Part shown: in pieces, positions 53,201-63,563 of the stretch
Layout: each line of letters opens with the position of its first letter
Numbering within the stretch: position 1 is the first letter of the stretch
Assembly: GCA_965235115.1 (NCBI GenBank)
Contig: OZ249436.1
Coordinates: 45,572,001 to 45,636,000, forward strand
Direction: 5' to 3'
DNA: 64,000 bases
From: Laetmonice hystrix
Taxonomy: Eukaryota
Notes under the pieces: model-generated
What the model saw: the letters and a program-made list of their open reading frames with translations, nothing else
What the model was told of the DNA's origin: nothing
The model's database searches: none
Position numbers and translations under genes: made by a program

Positions 53201-56200
53201 TCAATGAACAACTACTATAGGAACCTGAAGAAGGGGAAGCCTTTGAACTTGTCAATGAAATAAATGCCTGACAGTAACTGTGTTTGAAGGAGTTCCTTGG
53301 ACGTCTGAGATAAGGACTAAACCCTTGGCAGTTTTTTTTTGTATCAGACAGCTATCAGGTTTTTTCCCTAGTAACAGTTTTTTGTTGCTGATTTTGTTTT
53401 TAGGTGAGGTCCTGATGCTTTTCAGTGACTGTGCACTTCTCACGGCCTACAAACCTGCAGAACGAGATAGTCACATTAGGTAACTAGAACAGTAAATATA
53501 ATATCTAAAAGTTGACTCTCGACTGCAGCAATACATACAGGCCTACCTCTGTTTGCAGAGAAGTACGTCACCGCCGGGTGCCGATCTGACCGTGAATAAT
53601 GCCAAGTCATGGTGACTTATGTACTTCGATCATAGCCAGACCTGTGCCTAACTAACCAACAAACTATACCATTGCACGTGACATTTGGGAGAGCCTGAAA
53701 TGCTTGCATGTCTAGGATTCCTCAAACCAAATTCAACCCCATTTTCATGTTAAATTTTACAATTCACACATTTAATCAGCCGAGGTCGGTACTTTCATTT
53801 TCATGTACAGTATGACATCTGGATCCTATGGTGGAAAAGTTTCGGCTCCCCTCACAGGATGCGACTCTGGCCCTACATTAATATGATTAATTGAGTGAGT
53901 AGGTCTAACATTATAACGTACATAAACCAAAAGTGACCGGGGGGGCATATCTCAGGCGCGGATCGAGCACCGCAAAAAAAGGGGGGGGGGCGTCGTCGAG
54001 CGCCAAAGGCGCGAGGCTAACACGCAGGGGGGGGGGGGGTGTCTGTCCTCACCAAGAAAATTTTTGAATTTAGAAAACAAAAAAAACCCCGCTATTTCAC
54101 GGTAATCGCCGTTGGTCTCAGAACTCTGGGAACATGGTTTCCTATTTGTTTAGATGCTGAATCTGACTAAGTGAGCACGCACGAGTGGCTGTTTGGGCTC
54201 CGGTCGTCTGCTACCTGATGGGCGATGGAGTTTTCTTCCAAACAAGAATAAACGACAGTCTGGATATGCAAATCGTAAACCAAATATCGCAGAGGAGATG
54301 AGAGTTATTACGTGTGACTCTACTGAGACCTGATATTTCGGATAGTTAGACTAGAACACATGCATGGCCATGCAGCTCCCGGAGATCTGAGACCACAAAA
54401 ACAGATTTAGTGGCACCGATACCACTCAGACCTCACGCCAACCTCCTCCCAAAACCCCGAATCCATCCCTGGTAACGGTGTCAAAAAGAGCATTATGCAG
54501 AAGGCGTTTTTGTCCTAAATTGTCCTTTTTCTAGGCTCGGGTTGTTGTTGTTGATACACTGCTGTTTACTTTTGTTGATATACTGCAAGATACTTCTGTC
54601 CAATTACGGTAGATGTAAATAACATTTTCTATACTTTTGTTTGGGGGTAATAAATGTTTCCTGTTTCAAACTTGAACACATTACTCTATCAACCAGCTCA
54701 CTTACCATGAGGTGAACGTTCACACTGATCTCAAACGTGAACACACTACTCCTATCAACCAGCTCACTTACCATGAGGTGAACGTTCACGCTGATCTCTA
54801 CCACCAGTCAAACGTGAACACACTACTCCTATCAACCAGCTCACTTACCATGAGGTGAACATTCACGCTGATCTCTACCACCAGTCAAACGTGAACACAC
54901 TACTCCTATCAACCAGCTCACTTACCATGAGGTGAACGTTCACGCTGATCTCTATCACCAGTCAAACGTGAACACACTACTCCAGCTCACTTACCATGAG
55001 GTGAACGTTCACGCTGATCTCTACCACCAGTCAAACGTGAACACACTACTCCTATCAACCAGCTCACTTACCATGAGGTGAACGTTCACGCTGATCTCTA
55101 CCACCAGTCAAACGTGAACACACTACTCCTATGAACCAGCTCACTTACCATGAGGTGAACGTTCACGCTGATCTCTACCACCAGTCAAACGTGAACACAC
55201 TACTCCTATCAACCAGCTCACTTACCATGAGGTGAACGTTCACGCTGATCTCTACCACCAGTCAAACGCGAACACACTACTCCTATCAACCAGCTCACTT
55301 ACCATGAGGTGAACGTTCACGCTGATCTCTACCACCAGACAAACGTGAACACACTACTCCTATCAACCAGCTCACTTACCATGAGGTGAACGTTCGCGCT
55401 GATCTCTACCACCAGTCAAACGTGAACACACTACTCCTATCAACCAGCTCACTTACCATGAGGTGAACGTTCACGCTGATCTCTACCACCAGTCAAACGT
55501 GAACACACTACTCCTATCAACCAGCTCACTTACCATGAGGTGAACGTTCACGCTGATCTCTACCACCAGTCAAACTTGAACACATTACTCTATCAACCAG
55601 CTCACTTACCATGAGGTGAACGTTCGCGCTGATCTCTACCACCAGTCAAACGTGAACACACTACTCCTATCAACCAGCTCACTTACCATGAGGTGAACGT
55701 TCACGCTGATCTCTACCACCAGTCAAACGTGAACACACTACTCCTATCAACCAGCTCACTTACCATGAGGTGAACGTTCGCGCTGATCTCTACCACCAGT
55801 CAAACGTGAACACATTACTCTATCAACCAGCTCACTTACCATGAGGTGAACGTTCGCGCTGATCTCTACCACCAGTCAAACGTGAACACACTACTCCTAT
55901 CAACCAGCTCACTTACCATGAGGTGAACGTTCGCGCTGATCTCTACCACCAGTCAAACGTGAACACACTACTCCTATCAACCAGCTCACTTACCATGAGG
56001 TGAACGTTCACGCTGATCTCTACCACCAGTCAAACGTGAACACACTACTCCTATCAACCAGCTCACTTACCATGAGGTGAACGTTCACGCTGATCTCTAC
56101 CACCAGTCAAACGTGAACACACTACTCCTATCAACCAGCTCACTTACCATGAGGTGAACGTTCACGCTGATCTCTACCACCAGTCAAACGTGAACACACT

Positions 56201-59200
56201 ACTCCTATCAACCAGCTCACTTACCATGAGGTGAACGTTCACGGTGATCTCTACCACCAGTCAAACGTGAACACACTACTCCTATCAACCAGCTCACTTA
56301 CCATGAGGTGAACGTTCACGCTGATCTCTACCACCAGTCAAACGTGAACACACTACTCCTATCAACCAGCTCACTTACCATGAGGTGAACGTTCGCGCTG
56401 ATCTCTACCACCAGTCAAACGTGAACACACTACTCCTATCAACCAGCTCACTTACCATGAGGTGAACGTTCACGGTGATCTCTACTACCAGTCGGTATTC
56501 TTGATATCACATCAGAGACAACGAAAGATACCACCGCCAGCCCCAGCAAGGCAGCCACCAATAGCCTCAGTAATGTGCGGCCATCTGATCCAACAAATGT
56601 AGAAACATTCTTACAAATCTCATACGTGTCATTCAGTTTAACAGCCAACAAGACTCAAAAAAACCTCATGAATTTTTACATTACATCGCAACTGATGTAT
56701 TGGTACCAACTGGGAGAATATATGCGATCATATTCTACGTTCAGATAAAAAAGGGGACAGAGCTATGTTTTACTCAATGAGAAACACCAAAACCTTTCCA
56801 TGTGAAATTCTATAAAAGATAGTACGTATAGCCAACCTTTAGTTGGGCTAACTGAGGGAGTCCGATTATGTTTTAAAAAAACGAAGAGACCCCTGACAAT
56901 ATAAACATCACCATGCAAGGCTCAGAAAAAAAATCATCAAAATAACATTAATTCTCTGCCTCAATTATCAAGAGTACCAGTCCACTGGTACGAATCTCCT
57001 GGATATAACAACGTTTTTAGTTTAAATGTGTATTTTAGTACACAACATACTGATCCCAATGTGTTTGACACCTAGGCTGAAACCAGGCCGAACTCTACGC
57101 AGTTGATAACTGCTTTATCTGTTATATTATCTAATGAGCAGATAAGGCTGTCGACTTACTGCAATGTATGACCTAGACGTTTACACACTGAGATTACAGG
57201 TTTACGTAAAGCCTTAATCTGACTCCGGTCACATGATAATTTGGTACTCCCTCCTTTTTTTATTAACTGTGAAAACATGATAACGGGACGAGGCCGGACT
57301 GGTCTGCCCTTCTTGGCAGAGCGAATTGATACGTCTGGCGTGTCTAGTAGTGGTCGAGTCAATTTATGATCACAGCTAAACTCATGAAACAACATACCCT
57401 CAGATTTTATGGGCTCATGAAAGGGCATGACATAACAGGTCTGATTGAGACATTTCCAACTTCTGGAATGACACTTTTTTAAATCTTTGGCAATAAAATG
57501 GCACCTCCAGGGCACGTAGTTGTACGTAGGCCTACGGCAGATTACATGCAAGTCATATAGATCTCCTTTTATCGTCAGTTTTTCAAATAAGATTCAAGTT
57601 GAAAAAATCCCGAATCCACCTGTCGACTGGGGTATAGATTTCTGGCCACAACATCGACGGTCCATGCCATATTCTATGCCATTTGTTCCCCTTCTCCACG
57701 TTTAAATAACCTGGAATGACGACCTAATGCCAAGTACAGATTATTGATGCTATCAGTTGACTTGACCTTACCTGATATCTTCTCCTATCATTTACGACCA
57801 GTTTTGACTCGTTCTGAGCAAGAAAAGCTGGTTACCTTACACGGGGGGAGTGACAAACTCCGACCACAATCTGACCTACTTACCCCCGTCATGGGACAAA
57901 CTGGAAAAGTCTCGAATAGACCTGGTGTTTACAGACTGATAACCTCACCCAGCTCTAATCATTATATAAGGGATGTTGCATACAGATATAAACAAACGAG
58001 TGGCACACTACGTTATAACAGTATCCGTGATTTTCTGTACAACATCTCAAGGTAGGGTTTCCTCTAGTCCCAGATACCCTGAGTGACCCCCAGGACGGGG
58101 GTCAGGGTATTATGGACTAGGTTTCCTATTGCCAATACATTTTCCTTAGCCACTGGGGCTGAACAAGAACCCAAATTCTTTGTTCTGTACTACCGGTAGG
58201 AGGATTTCGAGCTGTCCCAGCTATACTTTCACTGTATGTATACCAGTGAGTGCTAGTAAAAGCCCAGGCATGGAACTCTCTTACTCTTTATAGTCAACCT
58301 ATCAACAAAAAGAATTTAATTAAAACTTAATTCTAATAGATTTGCACAACATGAGTTTTACTTAGTGGATAAAGCACTGTCAGAGCCAGTCGAGACGTTG
58401 TTATGGCGAAATAATGCACGAGCCGAAGGCGAGTGCATTATATCGCCAGAACAACGTCGAGACTGGCTCTGGCAGTGCTTTATTTACTTTAGCACACAAC
58501 CTATAACTATAAACAATTCAAACAGTGCCAAAACTACACCCAGTTGAGCTTTTACCGGCGATTTCATTCAGCAACTGTGGCCACCACATCTTGTTTACAT
58601 TCTGAGGTCGGGGGGCCTCCCACAATGACCTTTGAACCGGCCGATTTGTACCACGCTTCACTATTGGTCGATCGTTATCACGTGACTTTCATTGACTTAG
58701 CGCGTCTACTCAAGCGAAGAATTTTCACACCGAAAAAAGTAGATTTTCAAGAGTTTCTGTTCTGTATTGTGCGCGAAAAAAAATTATATAAGTAGGCCTA
58801 ATCATGTGCCAACCCTTTTTTCGAGTGGGGGACTTTGTTGACGTCTTTGTCGACGAAAAATGGGCATTGGGCATCGTCCAGACTGTCACCTCGCGCGGCT
58901 ACTACGAATACGGAATATGTTTACTTGACAATGGTCGTCTCGTAAGTGCCGTTAAACGAAACTTGAAGCATTCTGATTTTTATCAGAAAATTTCTGAAGA
59001 AATGTGTGATCCGATGGAAGACGAAAGCGGGGTGACTAAGAAAACTCGCTTTGAGAGGCTCAGTTCGGAACAGCTGGATTACCTCCAAATAAATGCTAAA
59101 TCAAAAAAGACCCACAGGCAAACATCTTGGGGGATTGCCGTTTTACGTGGTGAGTTTTCTCATGCCGTCATGGCAAGATCTCATGACATGAGTCATGTAC

Positions 59201-62200
59201 AGTAAATAACCTCTGTCTACTTTTTCTCTTAAATTTTACTATGAAAGTGTCCAGAGCAATTACACTGTAAATTATCAAGGTGAACATTTTTTTCAATGCT
59301 AAAAATTAGAAAAAAACAGGGTGTGAATACAGGATTCTATAACCTGTTAGTGTTGAAAGTTTACTGTTTAGGTCCCCAAAATTAAAAATATAAAACAAAT
59401 AATAATAATAATAATTTAAAGACTAACTTCATTTTTTATTAAGGGTTCAAAAATACAAATTTGTCTTTCTAGAATGGCTTCTTGAGAACAAGCTGGAAAG
59501 CAGGTTTGAAAACCTAAGTGAAGATGCTCTTGCCGACACTCTTCGTCGGTTTTACGCTGAGGCAAGAAATAAGAACTCCGAGTACTACTCAAGATCGTCA
59601 CTAATGTGCCTCAGGGCTTCGGTACAACGGCACCTTACTGCACCTCCTCACAACCTTAAAATCAACATCATTTGTGATCCTAAGTTTAAGTGTGCAAATG
59701 ACGTTATTGTGGGGCAAATAAAGAGTATGAAGAAGCAGGGGTTAGATATGTCAACCACACATACTCCAATCTCAGAGGAGGACATGACAAAAATGTACAC
59801 AACAGGTGTCCTATCACACTCGGACCCTACAAGTCTACAAAACAAAGTGTTTTTTGAGCTGGCATACCATTTTGGTAGGAGGGGTCGGGAGGGTTACAGG
59901 GAGTTGAAGAAAAACAGTTTTCTTTTTAAAAGGGATGCTTCTGACCAGGAATACGTCACACTCGGTTACAACAGTTATGAAAAAAACCACCAGGGCACAG
60001 ATAAATGTGATGAACACGAACAAAGAATGTATGCCACTGGGAATGAAAGGTGCCCACTAACATCACTGCGACTTTATCTATCTTTGCTGCACCCTGACCT
60101 TGACTCTTTCTTACAGCGGCCAAAAACAAACAAATTCATGGGTTCACCAGTGTGGTACTGCAAAAGTCCACTTGGGATTAATTCCATAGGCAATATCATG
60201 AGTCGAATATCTCATAGTGCAAAACTGTCACGGAAATACACAAACCACTGTATCCGTGCTACAACTGTTACATCACTAAGAGATGCTGGTATAGCACCTA
60301 ATGACATCATGTCTGTGACCGGTCACAGAAATCTGGCCAGCATAGACTATTATTCTAGGACAAGCGATGCCAAAAGAGCAGAAATGTCTAACAAGTTGAA
60401 CCAAAAAATTGGTATTCCTCACACAAGTGTTTCAATGGCTCCTTTTCAAAGCACATCAACAGGAGTAATGACCCAACATGTCAATTCAAATCATACACTC
60501 GTCAGTTCCCAGTCCGTGACATATGGTGTTTCTCCCATTTCGGCCACAAATAACACCATTCTGGCCCAGGTTGAAAATCCACAAGTATTAAACACCGGTA
60601 CTCTTTCCCCAGCTGTCTTCAGCAATAACTATTTCAACAATTGTACTTTCAATCTTGTCAACAAGTGAAGACTGTGATAACATGTTTGCTAAGCTGTGCT
60701 GTGTTTTCTTACATTTAGATTTCGTTACAAAAGCAGTGAATGAATGCTAAACCCGAGAGTATATTGTTATTGAAAAAAGTCAATTTTACAATTGTTAAAG
60801 GGAAATCTACCTGTAAAAAATGTATCTAATAAGCTAAATCAATTACTGTGAAGTCATAAATGAAAAGAATGTTAAAACTGTAACGTTATGTGCTTGCTAT
60901 GCGGCTATGGGCAGTATGGCTACATCAACTTGATCAAGCTAAATAAATAGATACTAATTATGGTAGGCCTAAATTATATAAAATTGTTGTAACTGTAACA
61001 ATATACGTATAGCCTATAGATCTAGGCCTATATTAGACTAATTATTATTAAGAATTTTTTTAACAAGACTAACGTCAAAATATAACAGTAGAATAAGCCT
61101 AGTTAAAAACAACTGGAAAAAGAAAAGTTGTTCACGAACTCTGACATCACCGTCATCAGGCCAACTTAGTAGACGCCCAGCGAAAATGATAGACTGAGAC
61201 TGAGTCATGCGAGTTTGCCAAGACAAGTGTCATCTATGAATATAGATCTAGTAGTAGATCTAGACCTAGACCTAGTCCAGTGATTGACCAATCATCCAAT
61301 GTGTGATCAGCTGATGTGATGATCGACGTGTCACTTCATGGTTTCATCATGTTTAATACTATAAAAAAATACAAGTATCCGGTAGCTGTTATTAATCCTG
61401 GCGAGTTGAGCCGTGTTTGTGCTGGGTTAACTGCTGTGGCCTCGGCCACGGCACAGGCACAGCCTCGATCAGATGATGTTTCTGCTGTCTTGGAGTCGGA
61501 TGTTGGAGTTGGCAGGCCATGTTGATGATTGTTATCGGCCAGAATAATTAGATTTAGTAGGTCTTCCTAGTGCCTTAATAAACTCTGAAGACATACCTAT
61601 ACTGTCTTTAAAATGCTATTTTGGGTTGGATGTTTGTCCGCCGGCTTTGCTTTTCCTTCCACGGTGCTCGCCGGTCCATTCCGCGAGCCTATAAAAGGAG
61701 CTTTCTGATTGGACGGAACATTAAGGCCATGCATTCAGCAATAGCGCCATCCCCTCTACTAGGCAAATGGACTCGGCGCGTCATTTAAACGATGTAAACA
61801 GAGTTCGCTGTGGGCATATCGAATCGAAACGACCCAACTGAACTATACAGACGGGTTTCTTCTCGTAATTCTATAACAACTGCGAAGTCTCAGCCATTAA
61901 CACTCCATTAGTTGCTAGTTCTACCTATTGACAACCTTGAAGCGAGGACAGGCAAACACAATGAATTCGAATGAGCACCCTCTCCGATTGGTCAATTCAT
62001 GACGCGTCATACCCGTGAATTATGGCTCTAATAATTTCACGGTTTTGGGCCTATAACACACGCTGGGAGCAGCCGGCGTGTGCTAAATGTAAAATATGTG
62101 CTGAAACCAGGCCGAACTATATTGGAGAGCACCAAAAAATTCACTGTCCTGACCCTTATTTATTTTTTATTACATGTAATTCACTTCTACTAGTTTGCAA

Positions 62201-62987
62201 TAATAATCACAGACAAAGAATAGATTTTAATTGTATTGACTATATATGTAAAGTTTCTTCAGTAGCCTAAATACATATAGTATTGCCATCATCAGGGGCA
62301 GATCCAGGATTTTGCACTTTTGGTAAGGGCAAGCTAGGGGGGGGGGGGCTATATAGCTACTTGGGGGGGGGGGGGCGTTAGGGGAAGAATTTTCGAGGGT
62401 TCAGCATGGTCAATTTAGAAAGTTCTATGACGAAAAAAGAAAAATCGGTAGCTGGGGGGGGGGGGGGGTATCTCACCAGTACAGTGGGCCTGTGAAGGTG
62501 TTTGAAGCAGTACACTACACACTACGTTTACAGTCAGTGGGCCTGACAGCAAGTGACACTGGCACTGGCACTGCCACTGGGCCTGTCGACAGTGTCAGTG
62601 GAGGTGTTTGAAGCAGTGGGCCTGGCAGTCATCTACTGGGTTAAACATCCTACACCCCCACCCCCGGCCCCGGATCTGCCACTGACCATAGGCCTATATT
62701 GAGACTGGGCCAGTCTCAGCAGTCTTCCGATCGTCACACGTACGGCCACGTGGATCATGTTTACAAAAATACTGTCGCACGCCCACGGCCACGCCCACTC
62801 CCCAGTCGATCGAGTAGGGCGTGGCATATTCTAGAACACCCCTGCCTTGCATAAGCATGTTAGAGCTACAAGAATGCGTAAAGATCATAGAAACTGTAAG
62901 ATGCAATTCACCTGCGTCAACGAGGAAGACTAAAAAGAGAGCACCAACGACTGAGACGAGAAATATTGAGTCCCTCCCCAACACCAT
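44259..62987 (-). CDS. UBXN8: UBX domain-containing protein 8-like (membrane p97 adaptor), about 277 aa, 7 exons
   Basis: Exons 62987-62912, 56584-56456, 50350-50286, 50085-49966, 45755-45597, 45233-45117, 44426-44259 have compatible phases. The product has two N-terminal hydrophobic segments, a coiled region, a WRKPGHKLGG motif and a C-terminal UBX domain (LPPEP..VTVTLRTPQG..RRF..VILDFMTSVGY..TTYPR). This matches the layout of vertebrate UBXN8. Confidence 0.85.
44874..45128 (-). repeat. 28-bp minisatellite, about 9 copies, spanning the UBXN8 exon 6 donor
   Basis: Minus-strand unit ACACCATACAG|GTCTGGTATTCATTGAC; the first copy is the real exon end (HTIQ|). Confidence 0.93.
46595..49224 (+). 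CDS. Crotonase-fold enoyl-CoA delta-isomerase-like protein with C-terminal PTS1 (SRL), about 245 aa, 4 exons; nested in UBXN8 intron 4
   Basis: Exons 46595-46734, 47761-47954, 48353-48488, 48957-49224. Crotonase motifs FSTGLDL and FPMPTVAAINGHAVAGGAIFALAHDVRIM; ends DLISRL-stop. Confidence 0.88.
48585..48758. mobile_element. Degenerate Tc1/mariner(pogo)-type MITE in intron 3 of the nested crotonase gene
   Basis: TA|CAGTCAGGCCT ... AGGTCAGACTG ends, with an internal direct repeat TAATCCGTATA..TCACAATCCGAACACA. Confidence 0.45.
49625..49976 (-). repeat. 34-bp minisatellite, about 10 copies, spanning the UBXN8 exon 4 donor
   Basis: Minus-strand unit ACAAATT(G/A)GGG|G(T/C)GAGTGTACACAATGGGGGAG(T/C); copies degenerate with distance from the exon. 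Confidence 0.9.
50351..50783 (-). repeat. 43-bp minisatellite, about 10 copies, abutting the UBXN8 exon 3 acceptor
   Basis: Minus-strand unit CTCCAGTTACTCCCATCTTGACATGAAAGTTTTATTTTCAAAC; the final copy ends TTTTATTTTCAG| instead. Confidence 0.93.
51042..51632 (+). repeat. ~60-75-bp tandem repeat, about 9 copies, with constant core and variable C-run/CA linker
   Basis: Core CACCTTGTCCGGGTTCTAAAACCTCCCACTAATGTGTTCGCACCCCTAG followed by variable CCCC../CACA. Confidence 0.9.
54666..56492 (-). repeat. 77-bp minisatellite, about 24 copies, spanning the UBXN8 exon 2 donor
   Basis: Minus-strand unit GACTGGTGGTAGAGATCAGCGTGAACGTTCACCTCATG|GTAAGTGAGCTGGTTGATAGGAGTAGTGTGTTCACGTTT. Confidence 0.96.
58340..62087 (+). 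mobile_element. Putative full-length Crypton DNA transposon in UBXN8 intron 1; ends approximate
   Basis: Contains the YR gene. A ~124-nt hairpin at 58365-58488 has a GCCGAAGGC core. Inverted motif TTTAGCACAC (58488-58497) / GTGTGCTAAA (62078-62087). Small hairpins at about 62012-62042 and 62057-62081. Confidence 0.7.
58804..60668 (+). CDS. Crypton-type tyrosine recombinase (DUF3504-like), about 513 aa, 2 exons
   Basis: Exons 58804-59149 and 59473-60668 (G|GTGAGT ... TTTCTAG|AA, phase 1) give an uninterrupted ORF. Motifs KKTHRQTSWG, LRRFYAEAR and YSRSSLMCLRASVQRHL. Catalytic set R (GRRGRE), K (EKNHQG), HxxR (NHCIRAT), H (TGHRN), Y (SIDYY). Confidence 0.9.
62293..62683. mobile_element. hAT-like MITE relic with poly-G tracts
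   Basis: CAGGGGCAGATCC ... GGATCTGCCACTG ends. Similar CAGG..CGGAT plus poly-G starts occur at about 43300 and 53953. TSD only partly preserved. Confidence 0.45.
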
Positions 62988-62999
62988 CTTGTTCTGCTT

Positions 63000-63400
63000 C
63001 CTAGTCGAAATAATTAGTTCCCATTCACTCCGCCAGGTATTAATGCTGCATATTACGCTAGAGGGCGCACCGTGGTAGGATTAGTCCATTACGAAAATGA
63101 CATTATATCACAGATCTAAGAAGAGTAGGTCTATGACATGAAGCACCCAAGCAATAAAATAATCCGTTTATATGTATATTCACCATAAACGGTTGCCGTT
63201 TACATTATAAATTATTTCAAACAAAAATCTCATCCTCAGCAGTACCGTCCATCAACTTCTAACCTGCCTACCCTTCGCTCCAGTACGTTCATCGACGTTT
63301 CCCTATTTATGACCAATGAGAGTGAAGGATTTCGCCCACGTGACTGTGAAGCCATAGACACTATAAATTCTGCGTCAAAGCCTTTCTCGGCCTCTTTTCC
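63000..63400. promoter_or_regulatory. Bidirectional promoter region between UBXN8 and MAT
   Basis: Start codons are head-to-head, 474 bp apart. CCAAT at about 63313, E-box CACGTG at about 63337, TATA-like CTATAAAT at 63361, and a CTCF-like motif at 63056-63068. Confidence 0.6.
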
Positions 63401-63460
63401 AACCGAATGTTAGACGAGTAACAACTGTGTATATTTGAACCCGTATATTTATTCCATCCA

Positions 63461-63563
63461 ATGACAGACATGGCAAAATTAAACGGGCACATCGGAAAGT
63501 ACTACGGTGACACTATGGAAACATTTCTCTTCACATCGGAGTCAGTCGGCGAGGGCCACCCGG
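63461..63563 (+). CDS. MAT: S-adenosylmethionine synthase (methionine adenosyltransferase), first coding exon; gene continues beyond window
   Basis: TFLFTSESVGEGHP followed by a G|GTAAGT donor; this is the conserved MAT N-terminal motif (ESVxEGHPDK). Confidence 0.92.

Noticed and set aside
54666..56492. CRISPR array or tandem ncRNA cluster
   Set aside because: No variable spacers; the unit derives from the UBXN8 exon 2/intron junction.
59604..60668. Calling the YR ORF a host gene (KCTD1/ZMYM/QRICH1) or a phage integrase contaminant
   Set aside because: No BTB or MYM zinc-finger domains and catalytic residues are intact. It has a spliceosomal intron and transposon-like ends within a host intron.
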